Source of the DNA: Takakia lepidozioides
Taxonomy: Eukaryota > Plantae > Bryophyta
DNA length: 64,000 nt
Direction of reading: 5' to 3'
Assembly (NCBI GenBank): GCA_030704615.1
Contig: CM060733.1
Span: forward strand, 56,978,001-57,042,000
Part shown: positions 24,648-38,322 of the stretch, one piece after another
Layout of the letters: each line of letters starts with the position of its first letter
Position numbering within the stretch: position 1 is the first letter of the stretch
Notes under the pieces: model-generated
The model's input: only the letters and a program-made list of their open reading frames with translations
Told to the model about the DNA's origin: nothing
Databases searched by the model: none
Translations under genes and position numbers: made by a program

Positions 24648-25989
24648 GGCATGAACAGAGCGTAAAAATTCACAACTTATTCATACCTACTCCAAATTAA
24701 AATATGTTTCTTTTTCACCGTGATTAAGGATGTAGATGCCTTCATGCCACTGGTCCCATTTAAAAAATCTTTGTCTGCAATGCTTATCTCCTAGCTCAAA
24801 ATTTCAGTCCAGATGAGAAAATTAGATGTGTTGACATCTATCGAGATCTTCACGGATGAACAAGTCCAATTTTATGGATTGCAGGCTGTCACATCTAGTA
24901 CCCCGGGACGAGATTGGTACGTTTATAAGCTTGAGATGAGCAGGCTGAATGAGTAACAAGTTGACCAGATACCATATTTGATCTTATACTGATGCTGATT
25001 CTATTTTCTCGTGTGGTGGCCCAGGCTCTAAGGGCCATGGGCACGGTACAGAAGCAGATGACTTTCTGTATGATGTGTTTGAAAAGGAGGGAAAAGAAAT
25101 TGATGATCAATCTCCTATTGAGGAGGTGGCCATCACGGTGCCCACCACTGATGATATATACCTCCGCGTTGCCCGTGTATACATTCCGGCTGTGGTATTC
25201 TCGCGTGTGTGCTCTTGGCCTTCTTAAACCAGTTCTTTTCGTACCGTGCTCAACCTATCACAATCACAGCGGTATCCGCTCAATTTGCATCTCTGTCTCT
25301 GGGGCAGCTCATGGCTACAACTGTTCCCACTAGCAGATTCAAGCCATTCAAAAATGTGGTCCTGGTCCTTTTCGTTGAATCCCGGGCCCTTCAACAGCAA
25401 GGACATGTACTTACCACAATCTTTGCTAACGCTGGGGCCTGTGGTGTAACACCACAGGCATCGTGACGATTGTCAAAGTCTTCTACCGCAGGAAGATGCC
25501 TTTCTTGGTTGGGCTTAATACCCATCACCGAGCTTTCACGAAATAGATTGCCTGCGTGTCAACCCTGATTGCGTCTGAGCAGGCCGGCTACTCACCGTAG
25601 CCAGCCACCCTGCATACCTTATGAATTCTGAATGATAATTTGGATGACTATTTGAAAAACGTGGATGAACAACCCTGAAAAGCTCGGTTATGTACGGTAT
25701 TTCACCATGGCTCACCTGGCTGCGGGCTTCCACACCATCGTGCCACGCTACAGCCGTGGCCAGGCTCATCTTGGTGGATACCTAGTCCATAGTTATAACT
25801 TGCAAGGAGGTGCACGATCCTTGCGCGAGTTCACTTGTTTAGTCTATATAGACCACATATCTGTAGATGGGAATGGGAATGCATCCAATATAGGGATGCA
25901 CAGAGTATAGTTAAACCAAAGCCAAAGCCCGGAGTTATTCACTCATCTCATCATCATCTGACACAGGAAAAAGTCAATAGGCCTGCCAC

Positions 25990-26420
25990 CTGTGTATACG
26001 GAGCTTGGATGCTTCACAACTGACTTGGTGTTATAGTGCGCTATCTCTTACCATAGCACGTACTGTTGTTATAAACATGCCACGACCCAATTAATGTTTG
26101 GATGTTGTTCTTGCCAGTGCTGAATGCCCTCTTGATGTAGTTCAGTGCTGAATTCCCTCTTGTTTGGCCTCTAGTTCAGGCCTACTTGAGTGTGCTGTTG
26201 TTGATGTGACTACCCATTCACTTTTCCCTTGTATACTCATGACACAGAACATAGACTGATGATCACTAATTATGACTATGTGAGAGCCCATTTGGCGCTG
26301 CCTTCCCTGGCCACACAACGCATGTAGAATGCCACACTTCTTTGAGAAGTGCTGATTGCAACCATCACCAACGTCACTACCACACTGGTGAATGTTAAAT
26401 TAGTCAGCTACTTAGTTATA
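25990..26420. repeat. Inverted duplication, partner at ~31235-31590
   Basis: GAGAAGTGCTGATTGCAACCATCACCAACGTCACTACCACAC is reverse-complemented at ~31277-31320. Confidence 0.85.
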
Positions 26421-26562
26421 AATATAATCCAGATTCAGATTCACAGTGACAACATTGTGGAGATCACCCAAGTGACCATCTACCAAAAACAAGTTCTCAC
26501 CGTTTCTGGACATCTAGCTCACTTCTGTCTCTATCAATTTGTACACAATAATAGACATCCAG

Positions 26563-27270
26563 CTAACCAGATTGATATTAAATAGATTGAACTGATCCGT
26601 GCAGACGTAGCTGCAGCCGCCTGCATCTCATTGTAGCGAAGGAGACGGGCAAATAGTGGTGGAGGGATGAGACACGGCGATGGGAGGGAAATGCTTAGAG
26701 TACTGTCATGTCCACCGCTGCTTTGACACTGCTTTGACAGCTCTGGTGTACCCTGAAAGTGTGCTCACCAGATTGATAATAATAGATTGAACTGATCTGT
26801 GTCGCTGCAGCCGCCTTCATCTCAATGGAGACGTGCAAATAGTGGTGGAGGGATGAGACACGTCGATGGGAGGGAAATGCTAAGTACTCCTGTCCACGGC
26901 TGCTTTGACAGCTCCTGGTGTAGCCTGAAAGTTTGCTCACCAGATTGATTGATATTAATAGATTGAACTGATCTGGGTCGTTGCAGCCGCCTGCATCTCA
27001 AAGGAGATGTGCAATGGTGGAGGGATGAGACACGTCGATGGGAGGGAAATGCTTAGAGTACTGTCATTTCCACAGCTGCTTTGACAGCTCTGGTGTAGCC
27101 TGAAAGTGTGCTCACCAGATTGATATTAATAGATTGAACTGATCTGTGTCGCTACAGCCGCCTGCATCTCAAAGGAGACGTGCAAATAGTGGTGGAGGGA
27201 TGAGACACGGCGATGGTGCTTAAAGTACTGTCATGTCCACCGCTGCTTTTGAAAGCTCTGTTGTAGCCTG
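26563..27270. repeat. Tandem array, 4 units of ~160-200 bp
   Basis: Units CTCACCAGATTGATATTAATAGATTGAACTGATC..GGTGGAGGGATGAGACACG..GTAGCCTGAAAG start at about 26563, 26764, 26936 and 27111. Confidence 0.92.
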
Positions 27271-28270
27271 CAGGTCTGCGGCACCGACCAAGATGGTGAC
27301 GTTCGGCAGAGCCACGAATCAGCACCGCTGGTTTGTCGGTTAGCTTCTTGGTACTTGCTCATAGCACAATTCGCCATCGAATCCGCATATGCTCGGCTTC
27401 AGTTTCTGTTGGAATGGTAATTACATATCCTTAAAAGAAATCATCTGAATGAGCTTAAGATATATACCGTACAGATATGTAAGTTTGTTTTCAATGTGCA
27501 GTAAAGTAAGAATCAATGGGACTCACATCCTGAGCCCCCTACAAAATCTGTGATATTTATGAATCTTAAGATAAATATGGAGAGTTCTACTTAAGATTAA
27601 TAGCATCCATCGATTAAATTTGTTTTGAATAGCAATTGAGGTAAAGTGCAAACAAAATCTGTGTGTTCCTCATTGCTCAGGCTGCCAGCTCCCTGCCTTC
27701 TGTTTAATGGGCATCTAAAATATTTAGCACATGTTCCATGCACTGAGATCGAAAGAGGTTCTGGTTCCAGCAACTGCCTTATAAGGTACAGTTATTCACA
27801 TCATAGAGGAGTGGCCATGAAGAAGCCAAAATGCCTAATTTGATTTCCCGTACAACAACGTTAACCTTAAGGTTCCTCATATAAGTTAAGAAGGATGTTA
27901 AAAAAATATATTTTGCTCCAGACAGTGTCTTATTATAATTACTGGTCTAAAGATAGAATATGGGGTATAAGCCCAACTAGCTAAAACGGTAAGTTGGTCA
28001 CAAACTAAATTAAATGAAGTAGAACAGGAAGGTTAGTAGTTTCTCCTGTAGCTAGTCACAGAGTGCCAGCTTCTCTGTCCCCATATAAGTTGATCTCTCG
28101 TTGAGGACACCGGAAGTGAGTGGGAGAAGGGAGGGGGCGCGTTCCACCAGGTGCGCACATGTCATGACTTGCCTGCATGACCAGCAGCTCTTCTCGCGGC
28201 TCTTTGATTTCAAGGAAGAAGGGAGAATACTCAATTGAACGGTGTGCAGTGCTGATGACGTAGGGCGCAC
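27270..28270. repeat. Diverged direct duplication, partner at ~33055-34760
   Basis: Shared blocks in the same order: GAATGAGCTTAAGATATATACCGTACA, GGCCATGAAGAAGCCAAAA, GTTCCACCAGGTG..GTCATGACTT. Confidence 0.8.
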
Positions 28271-29199
28271 AGCCCGTATGACGAGTTCTTATCGCTCATG
28301 GACTTTAAGGAAGAAGGGAGACGGTTAAACCACACAGCCACTGTCTCTAAATGATGCTTAGTTTTCCATAAATGCTTTCCTTGTTGATGGTTGTGTGGCT
28401 CAATCAATAGCTTGTAGTCCCTTTTGTCAAGGATCACGAGCGCCTTTCTGGAGATTATGAATTCCCCGGACAACTTATAAGACTCTTATAAGTTGTCGCT
28501 GGAAATACGTAGTCTCCAGAAAGGAGCATATTGACCCGGACAGATGAGGGACAGACCGGCTAATGTGTGGGTTTTGTGGGGGCGGTATTGATGGCGGGTT
28601 TGAATTAACTCTAGACTTGTCCAGACTCTCACAGGCTCAGTTTAGATACGTACAAGATGTTATAGATCGAAATGAAAATGAATGATATGAGTGAATCACA
28701 TGCATGCTTATCGGAGCCACACTACATTTGCTTATCTTGTTCTAAAGATGTCACCGGTGGATCGATATTATCCCATTCATTTTCGTGTGACAGGGATATC
28801 CACTGAATTAGAGGGACATTTCAGTATATTGAGGAGCGAGTCCCGATGCTAATCACTAGGAAAGCTATCCAGGTGCAGAAATTAGTTTGCTGGATGTTGA
28901 GGGTGTTGTGTGCACCGGTAGTGGACTCCAGATGAGGTTTAATGATGAGATTCGTCATCTCAGTGCAGCTTGAACGTCCTTACTCCCCTGACCTGTTCAT
29001 TTCTAGCAAGTGAAGGGGCAGGTCTTCTAGTCTTGTTTGTAGAATCTCCTCTGCACAGCTTGTAAGCCTCATCAGATTGTGGAGAGTCCTGAGGCTTCCT
29101 GCAGGCCTAACAGAGACGACAACCACTTAATTAAGTAAGACACCTTAAGACGACAACCACCTTAAGCCTCCTGGCTCTGGCACATATACGCAGCTGGTG

Positions 29200-30595
29200 C
29201 TCTCTCCGCTGAGGATGGAATCCTGGGTACGTCCATCGGTAATAAAACTCCCCATCCTACCTCTTTTGCTCATCGGTCCCGCTTTATGTCCCTGGATCTG
29301 TATGTGTTATATGTCACTCTGCTGGTCTGCTCTCCTCTGCCTGTCTTCATTCCGGCTGGTCTCCTCTTCTAATTTATTGTAGTGTCTTCCCTCGGGCCAC
29401 AATAATTAAACTCTCAATCCTAGTACTACCTATTTTTCTCCTACATCTCTCTCTATTTGTCCCTAGATCTGTATGTGTATGTAAGTATGCTCTTCCTCTG
29501 CCACCTTGCTCAATCCTGTTTATCTATATGGATCAGTGAATTTGAGAAACTGATTGAACATCTCATGGTAGGTAAAGTTCACCCATCTACATTAATGGTG
29601 GAAGATGAAGAAAAAATGACTGACAGTAGGGAGCAGGGTACGTTCCCCTCTTCCAGAACGCCACCGCCGCCTCACGTGTACACCACGACTACTTATGATT
29701 TGAGGGCACCCATTGATGACAAGGCTGAGGATGAGATCTGCTGGCAGAGGAACCAGGCCATGCAGAAATGTGGAGAGCCAATTTGGAGATCAGCCCTGAG
29801 GATGAAGATCAGCTACTGGCAGAAAATGGAGAGGAGCTGGCAGCTAAGCCCAGAGATCATTGAGGCTAGCACTGAGGCTGCCACCCTGTTGGGACGAGAA
29901 CCACCCCTTCTGGTAGGCAGTGGCACACACATGCATCCGAAATTCCGAAGTTACTTCTTTGGCTCATCGATCCAAGGATCCGTTTGTGTACATGCCGGTC
30001 TCCTTAGCTGCAACACTAGGGCGACGTGATCAGTTCAACTTATTTCATATCAATCTGGTGAGCTGGATATCCATTGATGTGTGCAAATTGAAAGAGACAG
30101 AAGTGAGCTACATGTCCAGTGTGTGTAGATTGGAAGAAACTCTGGAATTTGGTTTTGGTAGATGTGACCTTCCCTTTTTGGTCCAAAATTGTGTCTTGCC
30201 GGAGCCTAGTTTGCATTTTCACATGTGACATATTTTCCTGATACACGGGCTAGAGAAATATCCTCACGGTGTTCCTGCATGACTGAGGTGAGCTACATGT
30301 CCAATTGATGTACTGTTGTGTAGATTGTGAAGATTTACTGTATCTGTAAATCTTTGGTTTTGTAGTTGGTGGATGCTCCCAATTGTAGTGTAGTTACTGA
30401 CATTCTACGCCCTTGTTATAATTTTGGATTGCAGGAAAGATTGTTCTGTTCGTTTTCTCCCAGGTTTCGTTTTCCCCAAATGGAACCTTTGGGGGACTCA
30501 AATTTGATTGGATGATTATGATATGTAGACTCATGTACATATAAGCCGATTCTATATTTTTTACATTAATATATTAGGTTGACATGATTCTTTTC
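29200..30595. repeat. Inverted partner of 7570-8400
   Basis: Near-identical reverse complement over ~600 bp (29985-30595). Confidence 0.9.
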
Positions 30596-30949
30596 ACAAT
30601 TGCTTCTCAATTTGGTTTTGATGCATCCAAGTATATTGGCTGGTTTTCCAGTCACAAGAAACAAGAAATGGAGGCAAACCAACAATTGTACTTGGATGCT
30701 TCAAAACTCACTTGAGAGACATATTGGAAGCTGTCCAATGGTTGGCTTGCTGGCCTTGGTTATTTGTTATCTCCTTAGGCTCAGTGTGGCTCTGTGGTTT
30801 GTCATCAATACAACCTCTCTGGGGGCTTCTTTTCTCCCTTTCTATATTAAAATTTGATTTTTTAATTTTGTTTCCAAGAAACACACCCCTGGCCCAGCAA
30901 TGTGATTTTTTCTGTTTTGTTTTGAGGGAAAATAAACCCCTTTTCTAAG

Positions 30950-31085
30950 GAGAGCCTGCCATGGACCGAGGCATCTCAGGGGCAGAGCCCCAGACGCAAA
31001 GCAGAGAGACAGATGACAGGGGTTTGAACCCCAGACCCACAGGCCAATACATGAGTGACTTACCACCGGCCCCCGGGGGCAAACT
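30950..31085 (-). mobile_element. tRNA-derived SINE-like element
   Basis: Minus strand has a GC-rich head GGGGGCCGGTGGTAAGT and a B-box GGTTCAAACCC, within an AT-rich context. Confidence 0.4.
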
Positions 31086-32525
31086 GATCTGTAATATGAT
31101 TTGTTTTCCAAAATAGAAATAAAAATAACACATTTTCTCTTATCTTACATAAATGTCTTACAATTAGTTGATGAAAACCTCTTTCAATCTGGATGGATCC
31201 AGCATGTCTTGATTGCAGTGGAAAGTGCTAAGTTAGTGAGCTACTTGAGTTAAAAACACAATCCTTTAATTAGACAGTGTGGTAGTGACGTTGGTGATGG
31301 TTGCAATCAGCACTTCTCAAAGATGTGTGGCATTCTACATGCGATGTGTGGTCAGCGAAGGCAGAGCCAATTGCAAATGGGCTCTCACATAGTCATAATT
31401 AGTGATCATCAGTCTATGTTCTGTGTCATGAGTAGACAAGCAAAAAAGTGAATGGGAACAACAACAGCACACACTCAAGTATGTAGGCCTGCACTGCAAG
31501 TGCATCCCAGTGTGATAAGTACTAACTTAGCGCACTATAACAACAACGTCAGTTGTGATTAAGCGTCCAAGCTCCGTATACACAGGTACTGACTTATTAG
31601 ATTTTTTTTTGTGTCAAATTTATGAGTGACGATATGATGGATACACTACTGGACATCTAGCTCACCTCAATATTCTGCACAAAGTAATTAAAATAGACAT
31701 GTATCTAGACAATATCCAAGAAAAATGCATGCAACTTTTGGACCAAAAAGTTAGACATCTACGTACCAAGAACAAATTTTCAGAGTTTCTTCTAAATCTA
31801 CACACATTGGAAATGTAGCTCACTTCTGTCTCTTTCAATTTGTACACAATTATAGTCATCCAGCTCACCAGATTACGATTAAATTAGCTGAACTGATTCG
31901 TGCCCGATCCGTGCTGACGTCGCTCCATCGGCATGCATCTCGTTGTAGCCAAGGAGACCTGCAAATAGTGGTATAGAGATGAGACACGTCGATAGGATGG
32001 AGATGTTTAGATCGAGTAGTGTCATGTCCACCGCTGCTTTGAGAGCTCTGGTAGCCAGCTGCAAGTTTGTGCACAACTGAGATGGCTACGTTCGCTATGC
32101 TGAGCCACTATATATATGTCAGCGCTAGTTTGTGCAACGTTTCCGTCTACAGATGCAGATACCTACATCACTCAGTGAACTCCTTGTGTATCTCGCTTCA
32201 GGTACCTAAGGCTATGCGCACTGCAAATCTTGGCAATTTCTTCCAATCTACAAACAGTACCGGACATCTAGCTAGTACACCTCAGTCTCTTCCAATCTGC
32301 AAACATGATGGACCTCAGATCAACTTATTAGTTGAATATCACCTGGTGCTTTTTACACCGTGCGGATGTTGCTCTCGCCCGTTCATCTGGAAAATATCTG
32401 AGGAAAACGCAAGGAAAATGCAAATTATAGAGGCTCTGGAAGACACAATTTTCGAGCAAAAAGGGTAGTTCCTTCCAATCTACATGCAAAAAGGGTAGTT
32501 TCTTCCAATCTAGCCTGAACGTTTG

Positions 32526-33055
32526 CTCACCAGATTGATATTAATAGATTGAACTGATCTGTGCAGACGTCGCTGCAGCCGCCTGCATCTCAAAGGAGAC
32601 GTGTAAATAGTGGTGGAGGGATGAGACACGTCGATGGGAGGGAGACGCCTAGAGTACTGTCATGTCCACCCGCTGCCTTGACAGCTCTGGTGTAGCCTGA
32701 AAGTTTGCTCACCAGATTGATATTAATAGATTGAACTGATCTGTGTCGCTGCAGCCGCCTGCATCTCAAAGGAGACGTGCAATAGTGGTGGAGGGATGAG
32801 ACACGTCGATGGGAGGGAAATGCTTAGAGTACTGTCATGTCCACAGCTGCTTTGACAGCTCTGGTGTAGCCTGAAAGTTTGCTCACCAGATTGATATTAA
32901 TAGATAGAACTGATCTGTGCAGACGTCGCTGCAGCCGCCTGCATCTCAAAGGAGACGTGAAAATAGTGGTGGAGGGATGAGACACGTCGATGGGAGGGAA
33001 ATGCTTAGAGTACTGTCATTTCCACCACTGCTTTGACAGCTCTGTTGTAGCCTGT
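32526..33055. repeat. Tandem array, 3 units of the same ~175-bp repeat as 26563-27270
   Basis: Units start at about 32526, 32708 and 32882; a diverged single copy sits at ~31863-32060. Confidence 0.92.
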
Positions 33056-34769
33056 AAGTTTGCGTACAACGACACACCGACCAAGATGGCGACGTTCGCT
33101 TTGCTGAGCCACGATCAGCAGCGGCTGGTTTGTTCGTTGTAGCTGCCCAGTAGCTGCTCACCACATGTTCTCCATCGAATAGCTGCATCGAATCTGCATA
33201 GGCGAAGTTCCCCGTCTTGCTCGGCTGCAGAATGGTCAATGGGCTTGATGTGGATCAATCCAACCGTTTTGTTGTTGTTGTTTTGTTTTGTTGCAAGTTC
33301 AGTAGTGAAAGCAACTAATTACATATCCTTCAAAAGAAAGTATTTGAATGAGCTTAAGATATATACCGTACAACACCAGCTGTAAGTTTGTTTTCAATGT
33401 GCAGTAAAAAGGATCCACCCTGAGTGGGGCTCACATCCTGAGTCCCACTACAAAATCTATGATATTATTTACATTTACTTTAATATTTCCAAACTGTTTT
33501 AGTTTGCTGAGCCATGATCAGCGCTGGTTTGTTGATTGTGTGATGTTTACATCTGTATCCCAGCACAGTTGTTTAATGTAAAGGACACTGGAATCAAACT
33601 TAGCCTCAACTTAGCACAATGCACGTGTGTTCCTTGCTCATTGCCGTTTGTATCAGAAGCCAGGATCTTCCCTTCGTTCTAGCTTGTTTATGAAGAATTC
33701 AAGTTGTGTGGTGTAATGTAACCCATAAATTTATCATGAGTGCAGATTGGCAGACTAATTAGTGCTGATCAACCTCTACCACTGCGCCAAGATTATGAAA
33801 CCCTCCGGACTAATTTAGCACAGGAAGTTACTGCAATCAAAAGCATGTTGAGATTGAAAGAGGTTCCAGTCAGCAACTGCCTTCAGAAGTTGGCCTTTAC
33901 CTACACGCAGCATCACAGAGGATTGGCCATGAAGAAGCCAAAAAGCCTAATTTTCTTTCCTGCAGATTACCTTAACAGCCCAGAAATTGTGGACTCTTGT
34001 GAAGCAAGAGTAACGGATGGTGTCACTTGAACCCCAAGGGCTACTGGTTATGTTACTTGGAACTTAACCTCATACAAGTTAACATGGAGATTAAGTCCAC
34101 CATGTGTCTTTATATAATTACATGGTTCCAATGTTCTCTCATAGAAATGTTACTATGTTGGGTTTCATGGCTTGGTATAAAACCAATAAAAAAGATTTAC
34201 GAAGTTGGTCACAAAATGGAGCAGAAGTACAAGAAGGTTAGTAGACAGGCAAAACCTGCTGTACATTTTCCTTTGTGATTTTTTTGGGGCACTTTGAAGT
34301 AGAATTTACCCACTAGAGGCAGGAGCATGGAACCCGAACCCTTGGTTCCAGTATTTTGCCATATAGGCCAATTTGTTGAACATGTTCTTGTCCCTTCGGT
34401 GAGATATCATCTAGGGTTGAAATGGAGCCAGGTAGTCATAGGGTGGAACCAGATGTTCCACGGGATGACAGCCTAGTGGAACCATGATTTGATTTGAGTA
34501 GATTGAGCAGATTTTTATTTAGCGCGGACATGAACTTCCACAAACTTCCTACCTAGAAAGTTTCTGTAGTCAGTGCCTTCTCTGCTCCCATCCTGCAGGG
34601 ACAGGGAATGAGTATAAGAGAGGAGAGGAGAAGGGAGGAGGGGGTTCCACCAGGTGTGTCATGACTTCAGCCACCATGACCAGCTCTTCTAGATAGCTAT
34701 TATCTCGAGGAGGAAGGAAGAATGCTCAGTGAAACTAGTGAGGTTGTTGATGCAGGGGCACGCCGTTGA

Positions 34770-36222
34770 AATGCTACAAGAATGATTAACAAAGGATGCA
34801 CTCATATGCAGGAGCTTTGTAGTTTGCTTAAGATCAGTCGTAGAAGCACACTAGTGCATTACATGTTCAACAAGAAGACAACATCACTACGCTAATCTAT
34901 AGACTATGTAGATCCCACGAGCGGAGCATGGAGGGAAAATCCCCATTCAAAAATAGTAGTCCAAGTGAAAGACAAATGTTACTAGCTAAGTCGTCTACTT
35001 GGACAGCCTGGACATATATCAAGAATCAACTTGGCTACCAGGGAGTAAACACTAACACTAATCTTGAGATTAATCTACTTGAATATAACACTATGCTAGT
35101 GTATATTCTCAACACTCCCACTCATTGGCTGCATGTGTTCATTGCTTGCAAGTAGAAATAATCTATCTCCTATACTCCCACTCAGTGTCTACAGACAATG
35201 TTCAAGAGGCTGCGAACGATGAAACTTATCCGCTGGAAATGGTTTGTAATAATATCGGCAAGTTGGCAAGGGTATTGATATAGCTCATCTGAATGTCTCC
35301 TCGACCACGACGATGAAATTCAGGATTCTGCACAAGACGTATAACACTTTGATTGTCACTGTGCAACACCGTGGGGCTATCATGCTGTACCCATGTCATG
35401 AAGAAGTCTACGAATCCAAACAACCTTCTTTGGCCGTTAAACAGGCTGCAACATACTTTGATTCGGTAGTGGATGATGTTTTATAAGCTTGCTTTATGCT
35501 AATCCAGGAAATTGGTCCATGGTTGAGAAAAATGAAGAGTATTTGATTCTTCTCCCATGTATAACATAGTAGTTTGTAGAGCCTCGAAGGTATTTAAAAA
35601 TATGCTTGACGGCTGTACAATGAATCCGTATAGGATTTTGCAAACTTTGCAATCGTACTGACTGCATAGGCTATGTTAGACCTCGATCCAAGCATGCATA
35701 GCAAACATCGGGCTACCAACTACAGCTTGATAGGGAAAATCTTCTTCTCTCTCTGCAGCATCGTTGTCTCGGAGAAACTGTAAGTGCACATTAGGGTCAG
35801 CCGGTGTTGATACAAGATATGCATATGTAAAGCCGAACTTGGCTAAAATCTTTAGAATATAGTGTAGTTGATCGATGTAGATCATCCTCAGTTCCATGTT
35901 GCGTTTGATGTGAAGCCCAACGTAACAATTTGCATCTCCTGTTTACCCTCAAAAACTTGGTTCAAGTAATCAACCATGTCTATGAGTTCATTTTTGTCTG
36001 TTGCACTCCCCAGCCCATCATCTACAAACTATAAATATTGTTGTGACAAGCCTAGGAGGATTGGGACGACAGTAGATGCATGAATCGGTAGAACTTGCCT
36101 GTAATCCATATTTACCAGGAAATTGTCAAACTTCGTATTCCACGCTCGAGATGCTTGCTTTAACCCATACAAACTCTTAAGTAACCTGCACACTTTAGTT
36201 TCCTGGCCAGGTACCAAGAATC
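34770..36222 (-). mobile_element. Degenerate Ty1/copia 3' fragment (RT-RNase H, PPT, probable LTR)
   Basis: VCRLLKSLYGLKQASRAWNTKFD, FPYQAVVGS, HSDNQSVIRLVQNPEFHRR; minus-strand GAGTGGGAGT purine tract near 35175-35185. Confidence 0.85.
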
Positions 36223-36224
36223 CT

Positions 36225-36572
36225 TCAGGTTGCTCGACTTTGATGATTCCATGTCAGTAATCCAATTGAGAATTGGAAGCACAGACTTGAATGATGTACT
36301 GATAGATGGAGGCTTAGGAGTGAATATTATGACAGACCAATTAAGGCAGAAGCTTGGTCTAAGTAACATGAAACCAGCCCCATTCACAGTAACAATGGCA
36401 GATCAAAGGAGTGTACAACCATTAGGCTTGATAAGAGGAGTAAAGATACAGATTCAGAAGATGATTTTTTAAGATCACAGTGACTGTGTTGAAAATGGAT
36501 GATGTCATGGAAACTTACTCCTTATTGCTGGGTCGACCATGGCTGAAACAGGCCAGGGTATTCCATGACTGG
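36225..36572 (+). mobile_element. Ty3/gypsy aspartic protease fragment
   Basis: VLIDGGLGVNIM..TMADQRSVQPLGLI..YSLLLGRPWLKQARVFHDW. Confidence 0.8.
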
Positions 36573-36573
36573 A

Positions 36574-37330
36574 TGTTAGAGGGTTGTTTGGGACTTAGAC
36601 AATTTTACGGGTTCTGTGGGGTACCCTTAATTTTGCGCAGACCTACGGTGGTAGACTCAGACCAATACAGACCTTAGGGGTAACAGACACAGGCCTTAGG
36701 GGCGGTAGACAGGCTTACACAGTCAGTCACAACCTTACACAGTTAGACACAGCTTGACACAGCCTGTCACAGTCAGTCACTGCCTTACACAGCCTATCAC
36801 AGCCCGACACAGTTTGACACGGCCAATCACAGCTAGAGAACGACATCTGCAGAGGGAACGTGCATTTTATCTTGGATCACAGTTAGTTAGTTAGGCGGTT
36901 AGAACAGCTTGTAGGTAGAATAGGCAGAGTAGCGACATGGAGGGGGTCACTTCTGAGATCACTTCTTGGACATCCCTTGAGGAGATCAAGCGGAGAGCAT
37001 GATCTTGGAGCACAGGGATGGAGATTACACAGAGGAGGAGATACGACAAGATGATGCTTGATTCATGCAAGCTGTAGAAATGCACTGTAGAGCAGATTAG
37101 AGACACCATGGCTTCGGCTTGATACATGATAAATATTAATATGATTCATATTTCATATTCACGCCGTGTACAGAGATATGAGTGAAGTTGTGGAATGAAT
37201 GCTTGAGTAGTTTAAACATGGTAGATTGCAAAAGCAATCTGATACTTAATCATAGACAATAAGGTAAATTGCTAACATGAATGCGAGAAGGAATACAAAT
37301 AGGAAGCACCCCATGATACACTAGTTGTAG
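36574..37330. repeat. LTR-like segment with a 10-bp CACAG-core minisatellite (~36715-36835)
   Basis: Starts TGTTAG where the protease fragment stops; contains ACACAG(C/T)/TCACAG repeats with 10-bp period. No partner LTR confirmed. Confidence 0.35.
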
Positions 37331-38322
37331 GTCATAACTGATTGTCTGAGCGGGCTCAGTACTTAGAGATTTCCAACTCTTCTATCTTGGAGTTTTCACC
37401 TCAGATAGCTAAGGGATGGGTGAGTAAAAGCTGCTCGACAACTTGGTCCAAATTCACCAGCCCTATAGGCGGCTATGTAAGAGGACCAAGCCGTAAAGCC
37501 GTCGAGGCCTCCACGCCCTCGAAAGGCTGGGGATGAGCCTCCACTTGAGGGTGGTGCACCCAATGTTCAAGTGGACGCCACCCCACGGGCTGATGGAGGG
37601 CCCTGACTTTTACGCGGGGAAGCACATTCTCAGATCTGGCGCCATGTATGGGCAACTTGATCTTAGCCCCACCGCCAATGTCTTTTCCCCTTCTTCTGCA
37701 GCCAAGAGGGCTTATAAAGGGGGGGTTCAGAAGGGGGTGGGTTCCTCCTCACCTTGGGAGAAGAGGGAGGCTTCAAAGGAGGCCGCAATGAGGTGGAAGG
37801 AGGAGGAAAGGAAGAGGGAGAAAGATAAGAAGAGGGAAGAGGGAAATAAGGGGGCATGGGAAATGGAGGGGGAAGAGGAGAGGGCGACACTGGCTTTGGA
37901 GGGCCCCTTGCGAAGTCCGTCGCCAGAACGGTCAATGAAAAAGATCCTGGACCCTGGACTTTGGGGCGCCGCCTGCGAGCCTATTGGGTGCATGGGATAG
38001 GCTTCCACCCTTATTCCGAGAGGGCGTTATGGGGGGTGCACCACAAGCGGGGATCGAGGGCAACATTGAGGTCATGGACGCAAAGGTGAGCCTCTTTCCT
38101 TCACCTTTTTTTCTTTCATTTGCCTTTCATTTTGTTTCTGATTTGTTTCTAATTTTGTGGGTTTTGTATTCAGGATCTTGGCGCATTTGTGGCTAAGCTT
38201 GTGGCAGGTAGTGGGATTGCCACCGACAAAGCAGGGGACAGTGATGGTGCCTACCCGTGGGGATGGTAAGAGGAAGAGGAAAAAATGTCGTGTCCCCGAG
38301 GTTCCCTAATCATCAAGGAGAG

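Noticed and set aside
24895-25910. Cluster of short ORFs right of the copia insertion
   Set aside because: Looks like decayed coding DNA, but I recognise no motif in any frame.
26275-26360. C/D-box snoRNA-like TGATGA...CTGA in the inverted duplicated block
   Set aside because: No terminal stem and no recognisable rRNA antisense element; such short boxes occur by chance.
37340-38300. 155-aa Glu/Lys-rich ORF and GC-rich block
   Set aside because: Purine-rich low-complexity sequence, probably TE-derived; no family can be supported.
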